Positions 18,372-25,994 of a DNA stretch of 64,000 nucleotides are shown one piece after another; the first letter of the stretch is position 1; every line of letters begins with the position of its first letter. The DNA is taken from positions 207 through 64,206 of the forward strand of contig JAGTQC010000008.1 in the NCBI GenBank assembly GCA_018396535.1, read 5' to 3'. Under the pieces are notes generated by a model that saw nothing but the letters and a program-made list of their open reading frames with translations, was not told where the DNA came from and made no database searches. The position numbers and the translations under genes are program-made. Source of the DNA: Candidatus Bathyarchaeota archaeon. Its GTDB lineage: Archaea > Thermoproteota > CALKCG01 > B24 > DRYS01.

Positions 18372-18602
18372 CTATCCAGCCTTGTATAGATCTCCTCTGA
18401 TAATCCTCTCGTATACCGGGTTTAGGTATCGTACTCCGTATAGTATCTCACCTTTATCGAAGTATACTATAGGCTCTACTACTATCCTCTCGCATACTTC
18501 TCTATCGTAGATCGATCTACGTCTAACCTCCTCTATGATCCTATACCTTAATCTACGCTTGATCGATGATGATCTAGAACGGTGGTGGGGCATATAGCTC
18601 AT
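18372..18602 (-). CDS. small basic protein, first gene of virus operon
   Basis: 76 aa with an Arg/Ser-rich N-terminus. No motif recognised. Confidence 0.4.
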   Translation of the reverse strand: MSYMPHHRSRSSSIKRRLRYRIIEEVRRRSIYDREVCERIVVEPIVYFDKGEILYGVRYLNPVYERIIRGDLYKAG

Positions 18603-18609
18603 CTCCTAG

Positions 18610-18663
18610 CGCCACTCAACCCTTCGAATCTTCATACATTATCATTCTCTGATTCGAGGGTGG
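18610..18663. repeat. interrupted inverted repeat upstream of the virus operon
   Basis: GCCACtcaaCCCtTCGAATC (18610-18629) pairs with GATTCGAGGGTGGC (18650-18663) around a ~20-nt spacer. Confidence 0.5.
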
Positions 18664-18785
18664 CGGCGGTCTTCAGGTTGCTCTGAGTTCCTCTAAGTTT
18701 CATAAAGTCCTATATAAATCTTTCGATCTAGGATAAAATCTTATATAGGCTTAGAGCATCATTAAGGTACTCTGGTGAACTCTAG

Positions 18786-18941
18786 GTGTCTGAGGAGAGG
18801 ATCTATGTTAAAGTTCTTCTTAGAGGTGATGTACTCAAGAATTTCCGGTATATTAAGAGTAGGCTTGGATTAGAGAGTGATGCTGAAGTCGTTAGATACC
18901 TTATAATGCAGGAGTATAGGAGGCTAACTGGTGAGCCATAG
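18786..18941 (+). CDS. ribbon-helix-helix (CopG-like) small regulator, divergent from virus operon
   Basis: 51-aa GTG-start ORF, below the track cutoff and directly preceded by an in-frame TAG. ERIYVKVLLRGDVLKNFRYIKSRLGLESDAEVVRYLIMQEYRRL fits a beta-strand/helix/helix pattern. Confidence 0.5.
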   Translation: MSEERIYVKVLLRGDVLKNFRYIKSRLGLESDAEVVRYLIMQEYRRLTGEP

Positions 18942-19089
18942 AGTTCGAGTATGCTGAGTTTAGGATACCTATTTTAAACGCTATCTTTATCCTACTAGAT
19001 GAGCTTTCCTCACGGTATCCTATATGAGCGATGTTTAAGTATTCTAAAGCTTCTCGAATAGCTTATGTATGGTTTAAGAGCTTCTTCGA

Positions 19090-21186
19090 TTATGTTTTTA
19101 GCTTAAGCTCTATAGGGTAGTAGACGTGTACGCTCTGCTCGTATAGGGGTGTGGAGTATTCTAGCAGTATGTATAGTATCGCTGTTCTACCTATATCTGG
19201 TATGTAGGCTGATAGAGCTGCATATACATCTATGCCTGGCTCTACGGCTATCCGATCGGTTGTATCTGAGATAACTACCCCGTTTACTATCGTTATATTC
19301 TTAGCTGTAGCTATCGTACCGCTGGTTAAACTGATATTCGCTGTTAGCTGATCTATGCTGCTTGAGGGGTTGAGGATTAGGCGTGTATAGTATATCTTGG
19401 TATCCGTGTTTACTATTCTTATGAAGTATGTGATCGTAGGTTTGTATGGGTTAGCTGATATATTTGCTGATATGGTAGCGGATGTTCTATTAGCTCCGAG
19501 TGTAACCTTGATTATCGTAGGGGTTTTATCTATCCTATAGGTATCCCCGCCGAGTATAGCATCTGTGGATGGGGTATGGTAGTCTATGCATATAGAGCCA
19601 TCGGGTAGTTTAACTACTATCCTACCATCCGATCCGGTACCTATAACAGTATCATATACTATATTCGCTAACGTTGGATCCCCTACCGCTATCGTGGATG
19701 AAACTAGGTTTCCAAGGTTATCCCATACCTCTACGGACATACCTGTATCCAACCCTGAGAAGTATAGGTATCTCGGATCTGATGTTGCTATTAGGAAATC
19801 GTCGAAGTATGCTTGGGTTAGATCTACCTGAACACCTATGTATGCAGGGGTGAATCTACTAGTATGGGTTGAGGAAGTGGATGTACTAGCTATGAGGCTA
19901 CCTATGGTATCGTATATTCTAGCTGTGATATTCACGGATATACTTGTAACCGTATAGTTTACTATGATGATATACCATGATGTAGGAGAGTAGCCTGGGA
20001 TAGTTTTCGATACGAGTATCCGCCATCCTCCGGTAGCTTCGACGTTATAGCTACGTATAGCTATATAGCCATCTCTAGATACCTCTACGGTGTACATTCT
20101 AGATCTACCATCATCCATCATAGATACTCCATAATATCCAGGGCCAGTCCTGTATCTTACCTTCGCAGCTATCCAGAGGCTTGTATAGCTTGAAAGGCTT
20201 ACGTTATAGTAGTATTGTGAAGTTCCGCCTAGCCCTCTATTATTATCGTTCCCCCATAGTACTCTACCCTTCCCATCTTGGATTATATCTGTACCCCATA
20301 TGCCTCCGTAGGATGCCCATCCGGGTACAGGGTATGTTTCGAAATCCGTGTATGCGACGGCTACCCTACCTATCCTATTTAGGGTGTATGTGTAGGGTGG
20401 GTAGTCTAGGGTTATAGGTGGTGGGGTTGGGTGTATGGAAGCTGAGAGTGGATGGTATGTGAATATGGATGCACCGGTGTATAGTATGATGGCTGCTAGG
20501 GTTATAGATGAGAGAGCTTGTATATGGTGGGGTTTATATCTGGATAGCCTATGTATGGCTGTATACCTGTTATCCTCTATGCTCTGCAGCGTTCTGCTAC
20601 CGTAACTCCAAGCAGCCCATATCATAGCTGCTATAGATAGGGTTGATGAGGTGTAGAGTAGTAGCTCGATTAGCCATGGGTAGATCGATATCAGGGTGTT
20701 GGCTATCGTTCTCTCAGCATAGATACCGGGGTATTCTATAGATCCTGCAAGCGTCTTGAATCTGAATGGGCCTTTATTCGCATACTGCATCAATACTCCT
20801 ACATCTACTGTGAAAGCTTGTATCAGATATCTTAGGATTCCGGAAGCTATTATGAGGGATAGTGAAGCACCGTATATGGTGGAGGCAGATGTTATCGGCT
20901 TTCTCTTAATCATTAGGAGTCCGATGATTATCGATGAGAGGATTACGGCTGTGTGGATGGCCATCGTAAGCGAGACTATTTGTACCGTATCTAGGTTGGG
21001 GAGTTTGATAAGCTTCCCGTTTGTATCGTAGCGTATCTCGTAGTTTATGAGGGATATGTACCCGTATACGTATCCTGTAAGGAATATCTGCGGGTATAGG
21101 AGGATTACTATGTATATTATGGAGAGGGTTATGGATGGTATACTACTAGCTAATAGTAGTATCCTGAATATTCTAGGTATAGTCAT
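19090..21186 (-). CDS. large polytopic membrane protein with extracellular LamG-like and beta-rich domains
   Basis: 698 aa. The N-terminal ~260 aa hold about 8 hydrophobic helices. A ConA/LamG-like segment follows (DFETYPVPGWASYGGIWG ... WYIIIVNYTV ... AYFDDFLIAT), then a Thr/Ile-rich beta region. Confidence 0.65.
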   Translation of the reverse strand: MTIPRIFRILLLASSIPSITLSIIYIVILLYPQIFLTGYVYGYISLINYEIRYDTNGKLIKLPNLDTVQIVSLTMAIHTAVILSSIIIGLLMIKRKPITSASTIYGASLSLIIASGILRYLIQAFTVDVGVLMQYANKGPFRFKTLAGSIEYPGIYAERTIANTLISIYPWLIELLLYTSSTLSIAAMIWAAWSYGSRTLQSIEDNRYTAIHRLSRYKPHHIQALSSITLAAIILYTGASIFTYHPLSASIHPTPPPITLDYPPYTYTLNRIGRVAVAYTDFETYPVPGWASYGGIWGTDIIQDGKGRVLWGNDNNRGLGGTSQYYYNVSLSSYTSLWIAAKVRYRTGPGYYGVSMMDDGRSRMYTVEVSRDGYIAIRSYNVEATGGWRILVSKTIPGYSPTSWYIIIVNYTVTSISVNITARIYDTIGSLIASTSTSSTHTSRFTPAYIGVQVDLTQAYFDDFLIATSDPRYLYFSGLDTGMSVEVWDNLGNLVSSTIAVGDPTLANIVYDTVIGTGSDGRIVVKLPDGSICIDYHTPSTDAILGGDTYRIDKTPTIIKVTLGANRTSATISANISANPYKPTITYFIRIVNTDTKIYYTRLILNPSSSIDQLTANISLTSGTIATAKNITIVNGVVISDTTDRIAVEPGIDVYAALSAYIPDIGRTAILYILLEYSTPLYEQSVHVYYPIELKLKT

Positions 21187-21205
21187 AGCTTCTGTCTAGC
21201 ACCTC

Positions 21206-22330
21206 CTAGTGTTTTACTAGGATTTGGATCCGTCTTCCATAACCTGCTAGTACGTATTCAACTTCTGCATATGCGTAGCGGCATCCCTCGGGTGGGTCTA
21301 TGAAGGCTACGCTACATCCTTCTACGATTACTTCTATAGAGCTATACCTCCATAGATCTCTGACATCGTATGCATACTTGAAGGTTATGTTTACAGCTAC
21401 TGGGAAGCCGTTAGGGTTATCGATGAGTAGGGAATCGTTGACGATGCTTATCCTTAAAGGTTTAGGATATACTTTAACAGTATAGTTTCCGACGAGTTTT
21501 CCTATATGGTTTAGGGAAGCGTATACTTGTACATAGGTCCAGCCTCTCGATCCTATCCTATAAGCTATATCCTTAGGGATAACGGCTACTATATGTGTTG
21601 TATTGAACGATGCTGGGATACGTACTCCGTCGATGTATAACTCGGTATAGGATAGTTGGAGATTGCCTACGTAGCTAGCTATCAATGTGCATGTTCTAGT
21701 ATCAAGCTCGATCCTAGATAGATGGATTAGGGGGAGCTCTAGTTTAGCAGCTTCGGGTATAGGTTGTGTAAAACCGTAGACGACTATTATGAATATTATT
21801 ATGGATGCTGAGGTCATAGTCGATGATAATCCTACGATTCTAGTTCTAGAAGTTTCTATTAAAGCTGATATAGCAGCGTATGTGAATAATGGTATCCATA
21901 CCTCCCTCCATAAGATTAGGAAGACTACACCCTTCACCATCCCCTTCGATACTGGGAATGGATCTGGTGTAGGATTTGCATCACCCTTCGTAACTATATA
22001 CCCATCCATACCGGGATAATCGCAGATATACCTGTGAGCTATATAGAAGCTTGGGGTTAACGAGTAGATGATAACATCACCTCTAGATGGTTCTACGTTA
22101 ATGAATAATGCTAGATCCCACCTCCTTATAGACGGCTCCATACTACTTGAGTAGACTATAACCCCGCCGAGGAAGCTTGGAGCGCCTAGACGGGAGAGGA
22201 GGGTGGATAGGAAGATAGCTGTGAAGAAGGCTAGGATAGCTGTAGGTAGAATCCTAGATAAGGCTGGGATAACAGATCTATATGGGAACTTTTTGAAAAA
22301 AGGGAGGGAGGTTTTTATGGTTAAGCTTAG
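21206..22330 (-). CDS. SipW/Sec11-type (S26B) signal peptidase I paralogue with ~190-aa C-terminal extension; N-terminus unresolved
   Basis: Motifs are SSSMEPS (the catalytic Ser lies just before the first ATG at 22141), IAHRYI (His) and VTKGDANPTPD. The open frame upstream of the ATG encodes a TM anchor (ILPTAILAFFTAIFLSTLL) but contains no ATG, GTG or TTG. Confidence 0.7.
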   Translation of the reverse strand, partial: LSLTIKTSLPFFKKFPYRSVIPALSRILPTAILAFFTAIFLSTLLSRLGAPSFLGGVIVYSSSMEPSIRRWDLALFINVEPSRGDVIIYSLTPSFYIAHRYICDYPGMDGYIVTKGDANPTPDPFPVSKGMVKGVVFLILWREVWIPLFTYAAISALIETSRTRIVGLSSTMTSASIIIFIIVVYGFTQPIPEAAKLELPLIHLSRIELDTRTCTLIASYVGNLQLSYTELYIDGVRIPASFNTTHIVAVIPKDIAYRIGSRGWTYVQVYASLNHIGKLVGNYTVKVYPKPLRISIVNDSLLIDNPNGFPVAVNITFKYAYDVRDLWRYSSIEVIVEGCSVAFIDPPEGCRYAYAEVEYVLAGYGRRIQILVKH

Positions 22331-22346
22331 TCAATGATCCCCACCA

Positions 22347-22952
22347 CTACGGCGGCGTCTCACCTGATGGTGTATAGACTATATGTATACTAAAGGTTCC
22401 TACTACACCGGTTATAGTGGTACCTTCTGGTATGTATACCATGAAGTCTATCTCCCAAATACCCCCGCTATCGAGTGTACCTATCTGTTGAGGGTCATTT
22501 GTGCTTATTTCTGTAAGCTCTATGGTATTAACAGTACCGCTTGGTGGTTCGGGATCTGGGTAGCCTTGTAAATCTCTAGATGCATCTTTTTCGAAGATTA
22601 TTAGCCAGACTTTGGATCCGCTTGGAAGGTTGCTTGTTCTATCGGCGAGGATTAGCCAAACATTATATGCTCTTCCATCTACATTATGTATGAGTATTAC
22701 GTTTTTATAGTATGTTGTACGGTATGTTGGATGGATAGTTATTTCTACGCTAGCCTTACTTCCACCGAGGTCTACCTTGATGGTATTGTCTGATTCTAGA
22801 TCAGGTTGATTTGCATTACTACCAGGCTCGAATATTATCGGTGGGCTTACAGGCTTTACTAATAGCTTGAATGGGTAGTAGGTGAATACGCTAGCTGTTG
22901 CGAAGGCTGCTACTAGTAGGGTTAGTGTTAGTGTAATTATCCTCTTCTCCAT
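22347..22952 (-). CDS. secreted beta-rich protein, TasA/camelysin-like filament subunit candidate
   Basis: 201 aa. The N-terminal signal peptide is MEKRIITLTLTLLVAAFATASVFT. The mature part is beta-strand rich. It lies immediately upstream of the dedicated signal peptidase paralogue. Confidence 0.5.
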   Translation of the reverse strand: MEKRIITLTLTLLVAAFATASVFTYYPFKLLVKPVSPPIIFEPGSNANQPDLESDNTIKVDLGGSKASVEITIHPTYRTTYYKNVILIHNVDGRAYNVWLILADRTSNLPSGSKVWLIIFEKDASRDLQGYPDPEPPSGTVNTIELTEISTNDPQQIGTLDSGGIWEIDFMVYIPEGTTITGVVGTFSIHIVYTPSGETPP

Positions 22953-22954
22953 AC

Positions 22955-22972
22955 CCTACCCCCAGGGGTAGG
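22955..22972. promoter_or_regulatory. perfect 8-bp palindrome (CCTACCCC ca GGGGTAGG) 3 nt upstream of the secreted-protein start codon
   Basis: Read directly from the sequence. A TTTTAAAG-like AT box lies about 30 nt upstream of the ATG on the minus strand. Confidence 0.35.
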
Positions 22973-23189
22973 TTAAGCTTTAAAACCTCTACTATAAGTA
23001 AAGGGGGTTTTAAACTTTTTCAGCCGTTTCTGTAAACTTTGTATGGATGGCTTTCCTGTATATTCCCTCCATACACTTACTCATATCTATGGATTGGGTA
23101 TGGTGGGGATCCATAGCGGAAGTTATGGTAAAAACGGGGGGGTCTACCTAAACTTATATCTATCCTCTACATATGATCTTGTATAGGTT

Positions 23190-23972
23190 TTGCTAGATGG
23201 TAGGCTAGTAGATCCTCTAAACCTATCCAAGATTATAGAATCTATCGTAGCTAGGAAGCGTATCGATGGAGGCTTGGATAGACGCTACTGGCGTTTTAGA
23301 GGTGGGAGATGGTATGGGGGTATAGCTACAGCGGATGCTGTAGGATGCTATCTTAGATGTGTATTCTGCTGGAGTTGGAGAGTTAGGGATAACCCCTATA
23401 CTGGTAGATTCTACTCTGCTAGAGATGTATGGGTTAGGCTGAGAGATATATGTATGCGTAGAGGTTATAGCCAGGTTAGGGTTAGCGGATGCGAACCTAC
23501 TATAGCCTTCGATCATCTAGAAGAGCTTATAAGCTTATCAGAATCTAGTAATCGATACCTATTCATACTAGAAACTAACGGTATACTGATAGGCGCGTAT
23601 AGAGAGTATGCTGAGAGACTCTCTAGATTTAAGAAGCTGCATGTTAGAGTATCTATTAAAGGATGCGATCCTAGAGAATTCTCTAAACTAACCCTAGCAG
23701 ATCCTAGAGGATTCGATCTTCAGATAGAAGCTTTGAAGAATCTTATCGATGAAGGTGTATCATGCCATCCAGCTGTTATGCTAAGCTTCAGCGATCCAGA
23801 ATCTAAAGCTAAACTAGTAGATAGGCTTAGAAGTATAGATGAGAAGCTTGTAGAAGAATTGGAGGAGGAGTATGTATTCCTATATCCGCATGTAGAGTAT
23901 AAGCTTAGAGAATACGGTTTGAAACCTAGGATAGCGTTTAAACCCGATGCTATACCTGAGGATCTAATCTAG
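23190..23972 (+). CDS. radical SAM protein
   Basis: The CxxxCxxC motif is CYLRCVFCW. GCEPT and ILETNG segments are typical of the radical SAM core. Confidence 0.8.
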   Translation: MLDGRLVDPLNLSKIIESIVARKRIDGGLDRRYWRFRGGRWYGGIATADAVGCYLRCVFCWSWRVRDNPYTGRFYSARDVWVRLRDICMRRGYSQVRVSGCEPTIAFDHLEELISLSESSNRYLFILETNGILIGAYREYAERLSRFKKLHVRVSIKGCDPREFSKLTLADPRGFDLQIEALKNLIDEGVSCHPAVMLSFSDPESKAKLVDRLRSIDEKLVEELEEEYVFLYPHVEYKLREYGLKPRIAFKPDAIPEDLI

Positions 23973-24874
23973 GTTTCGCTACATATAGATCTAACCCTAC
24001 ACCTACTGCATAACCTACTCCTACATAGGAGTTTATCCTGTATGTATGCTACAGTCTGTATCCATCCAGCTAACAATCCGTAATCCCTCCTAGCTAACCA
24101 GTGTAGGCATCCACCGTGTATAGGGCAGTCTACGCATAGATACCTCCTACACATGTATGGATTCCATGAGATACTCCAATCTATCAATCCAAGCCTCCTA
24201 GATATCCTCTGGAAATGTATATCTGATGAAGCCATATACGTCGCATCTCTACGACTGAATAGTAGGTAGGATGTAGCAGTTTTAGGACCTATCCACGGCC
24301 CCTCCTGTAGCTTAACCCTGAGTATGGATGGATCTATCCTATCCTCCAAATATTCTATCTTCTCGATATAGAACTGTATCTGTAGAGGTAGCTGAGCTAG
24401 ATGGAAGCTTCTAGATATCATACTAAGCTGCTCTATCCTAGCATATCTTGGATCACCTATACTCTCAGATATCATCCTAACCCATCTCACAGTATTCAGA
24501 TGGAAATCTGTATGCCTAGATAAAGCTACAGATACGAATAGCCATAACCTACTATACGGATCTATAGCTAACCCTACCCCCTCATAAGCTTCTAATAGAA
24601 GCCATACACGGCTAGCTCTACTCGAAGATAGCTTAGATACATACTCGTATGGATCAAACCATAAACCAGTAAGCTCTGAAACTATATCCTCAGATAAGGC
24701 TGATACCCCCTCAAACCTCAGTATCTTAGGTTCATAAAGCTTAAACCTTAAACCACTATACGCACCCACTATCTTAACATACCATCCATCGATTATAGAG
24801 TATAAAGGATAGGTGAACGATGGGTATAAGCTCATATCGAGATCATAAGGTTTATCTAAACGTATCGTAGGCAT
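23969..24874 (-). CDS. HhH-GPD superfamily DNA glycosylase (EndoIII-like) with Cys-rich C-terminus
   Basis: Helix-hairpin-helix WIGPKTATSYLLF, followed by SSDIHFQRISRRLGLI with the catalytic Asp position. The C-terminus has CxxxxCxxC and CSRCRVRSIC clusters. Confidence 0.65.
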   Translation of the reverse strand: MPTIRLDKPYDLDMSLYPSFTYPLYSIIDGWYVKIVGAYSGLRFKLYEPKILRFEGVSALSEDIVSELTGLWFDPYEYVSKLSSSRASRVWLLLEAYEGVGLAIDPYSRLWLFVSVALSRHTDFHLNTVRWVRMISESIGDPRYARIEQLSMISRSFHLAQLPLQIQFYIEKIEYLEDRIDPSILRVKLQEGPWIGPKTATSYLLFSRRDATYMASSDIHFQRISRRLGLIDWSISWNPYMCRRYLCVDCPIHGGCLHWLARRDYGLLAGWIQTVAYIQDKLLCRSRLCSRCRVRSICSET

Positions 24875-24918
24875 AGGGATCCCTAACGATACGATCCATA
24901 GGGGTAAGTCTTCCAGCT

Positions 24919-25893
24919 CTATAGCTTCGATACGATCTCCCTAACCCTATCCCTCAACTCTAAGCCTAGAGGCTTCCCCAACACCTTCATCATCATCCTA
25001 CAGAATGAGCATACATCGCTTTGAGAAGGCATACCGCATAAACCGCATCGTCTAACCTCGTATCTTGGCTGCGGATACTTCGATAAACTCCTAGCGATAG
25101 ATCTAGCGAAAGCTATCTTAAACCCTGGAGAATCCTCCTCCATACCGTCGAGAAACGCTCTTATCCTATCCTCCATACCTACACTGTGAAAGGGGCATTC
25201 TAAACTCTGATAGGGGATACCTGCGAAGCTTACGTAGAGAGCTGTATCCCTCTCATAAACCTCGTATAACGGTCTTATCCTACCTACTAGAAATCCATCA
25301 TACCCCTCCGTCTTAGGTCCAAGCTTACGTATATCCTCAAGATTCTGTAAGAGGAAATTCTTAAGTATGTATACTGCTAGATCATCTAAGTGGTGGCCTA
25401 ACGCCACCATATCGACACCAGCTTCTACACCTGCTAGATTCAATAGATATCTTTTAACAGCTCCGCATATACTACATGGAGGTCTATATATCCTCCTAGC
25501 AAGTTTAGGAATGCTTAAGCCTAATAGATCCTCTAACCCTATTATTGCATAACGTATACCAGCTATCCTACAAACCTTCTCTACGATCATCCTAGCCTCT
25601 GTGGAATACTCATCTATCCCTAGATCTATATGTAACGCTGTAAGTTCGAAATCGAATTTACCTGTAAGCTTCGATAATGTTAGAAGCATCGTAGAGCTAT
25701 CCTTACCACCGGAAACCGCGGCTAGAATCCTAGCTTTAGGCTTGATCATCCTATACCTCTTAACGGTATCCTCAACCCTAGCTAGGATGTAATCTAGGAA
25801 ATGTTCTTTACATAGGTTTAGCTTAGCATACCTTAGATACGTATCAGCTGGTCTACCGCATCTAGAGCATAGAGCTTCTCTTATAGGATTCAT
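24919..25893 (-). CDS. PP-loop ATPase, tRNA 2-thiolation protein (TtuA/Ncs6 family)
   Basis: PP-loop AAVSGGKDSSTML, flanked by N- and C-terminal CxxC...C zinc fingers (CSRCGR...C and CGLCGMPSQSDVCSFC). Confidence 0.8.
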   Translation of the reverse strand: MNPIREALCSRCGRPADTYLRYAKLNLCKEHFLDYILARVEDTVKRYRMIKPKARILAAVSGGKDSSTMLLTLSKLTGKFDFELTALHIDLGIDEYSTEARMIVEKVCRIAGIRYAIIGLEDLLGLSIPKLARRIYRPPCSICGAVKRYLLNLAGVEAGVDMVALGHHLDDLAVYILKNFLLQNLEDIRKLGPKTEGYDGFLVGRIRPLYEVYERDTALYVSFAGIPYQSLECPFHSVGMEDRIRAFLDGMEEDSPGFKIAFARSIARSLSKYPQPRYEVRRCGLCGMPSQSDVCSFCRMMMKVLGKPLGLELRDRVREIVSKL

Positions 25894-25994
25894 AGATTCA
25901 TATCTCTATCAAATCCTTTAAGCTGATAAACGTTAACGAAGCTAACGCTAGGTTAAGGTTTATCTATACCTAATCTGTTCACCAATAGTCTGAT

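Larger units (their letters stand above)
3629..18941 (-). mobile_element. tailed-virus (HK97/Caudoviricetes-type) head-tail morphogenesis cluster: defective provirus or GTA-like element
   Basis: More than 20 co-directional, mostly overlapping ORFs in canonical order: terminase, portal, protease/capsid, connectors, tube, chaperone, tape measure, distal tail. A divergent small RHH gene lies at the 5' boundary. No integrase, att site or replication genes are visible. Confidence 0.8.

Noticed and set aside
18610-18663. TTCGAATC-containing hairpin considered as a tRNA gene or att-site tRNA fragment at the virus cluster boundary.
   Set aside because: No cloverleaf can be drawn. The T-arm flanks do not pair, and there is no D-arm or anticodon arm. 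I kept it only as an inverted repeat.
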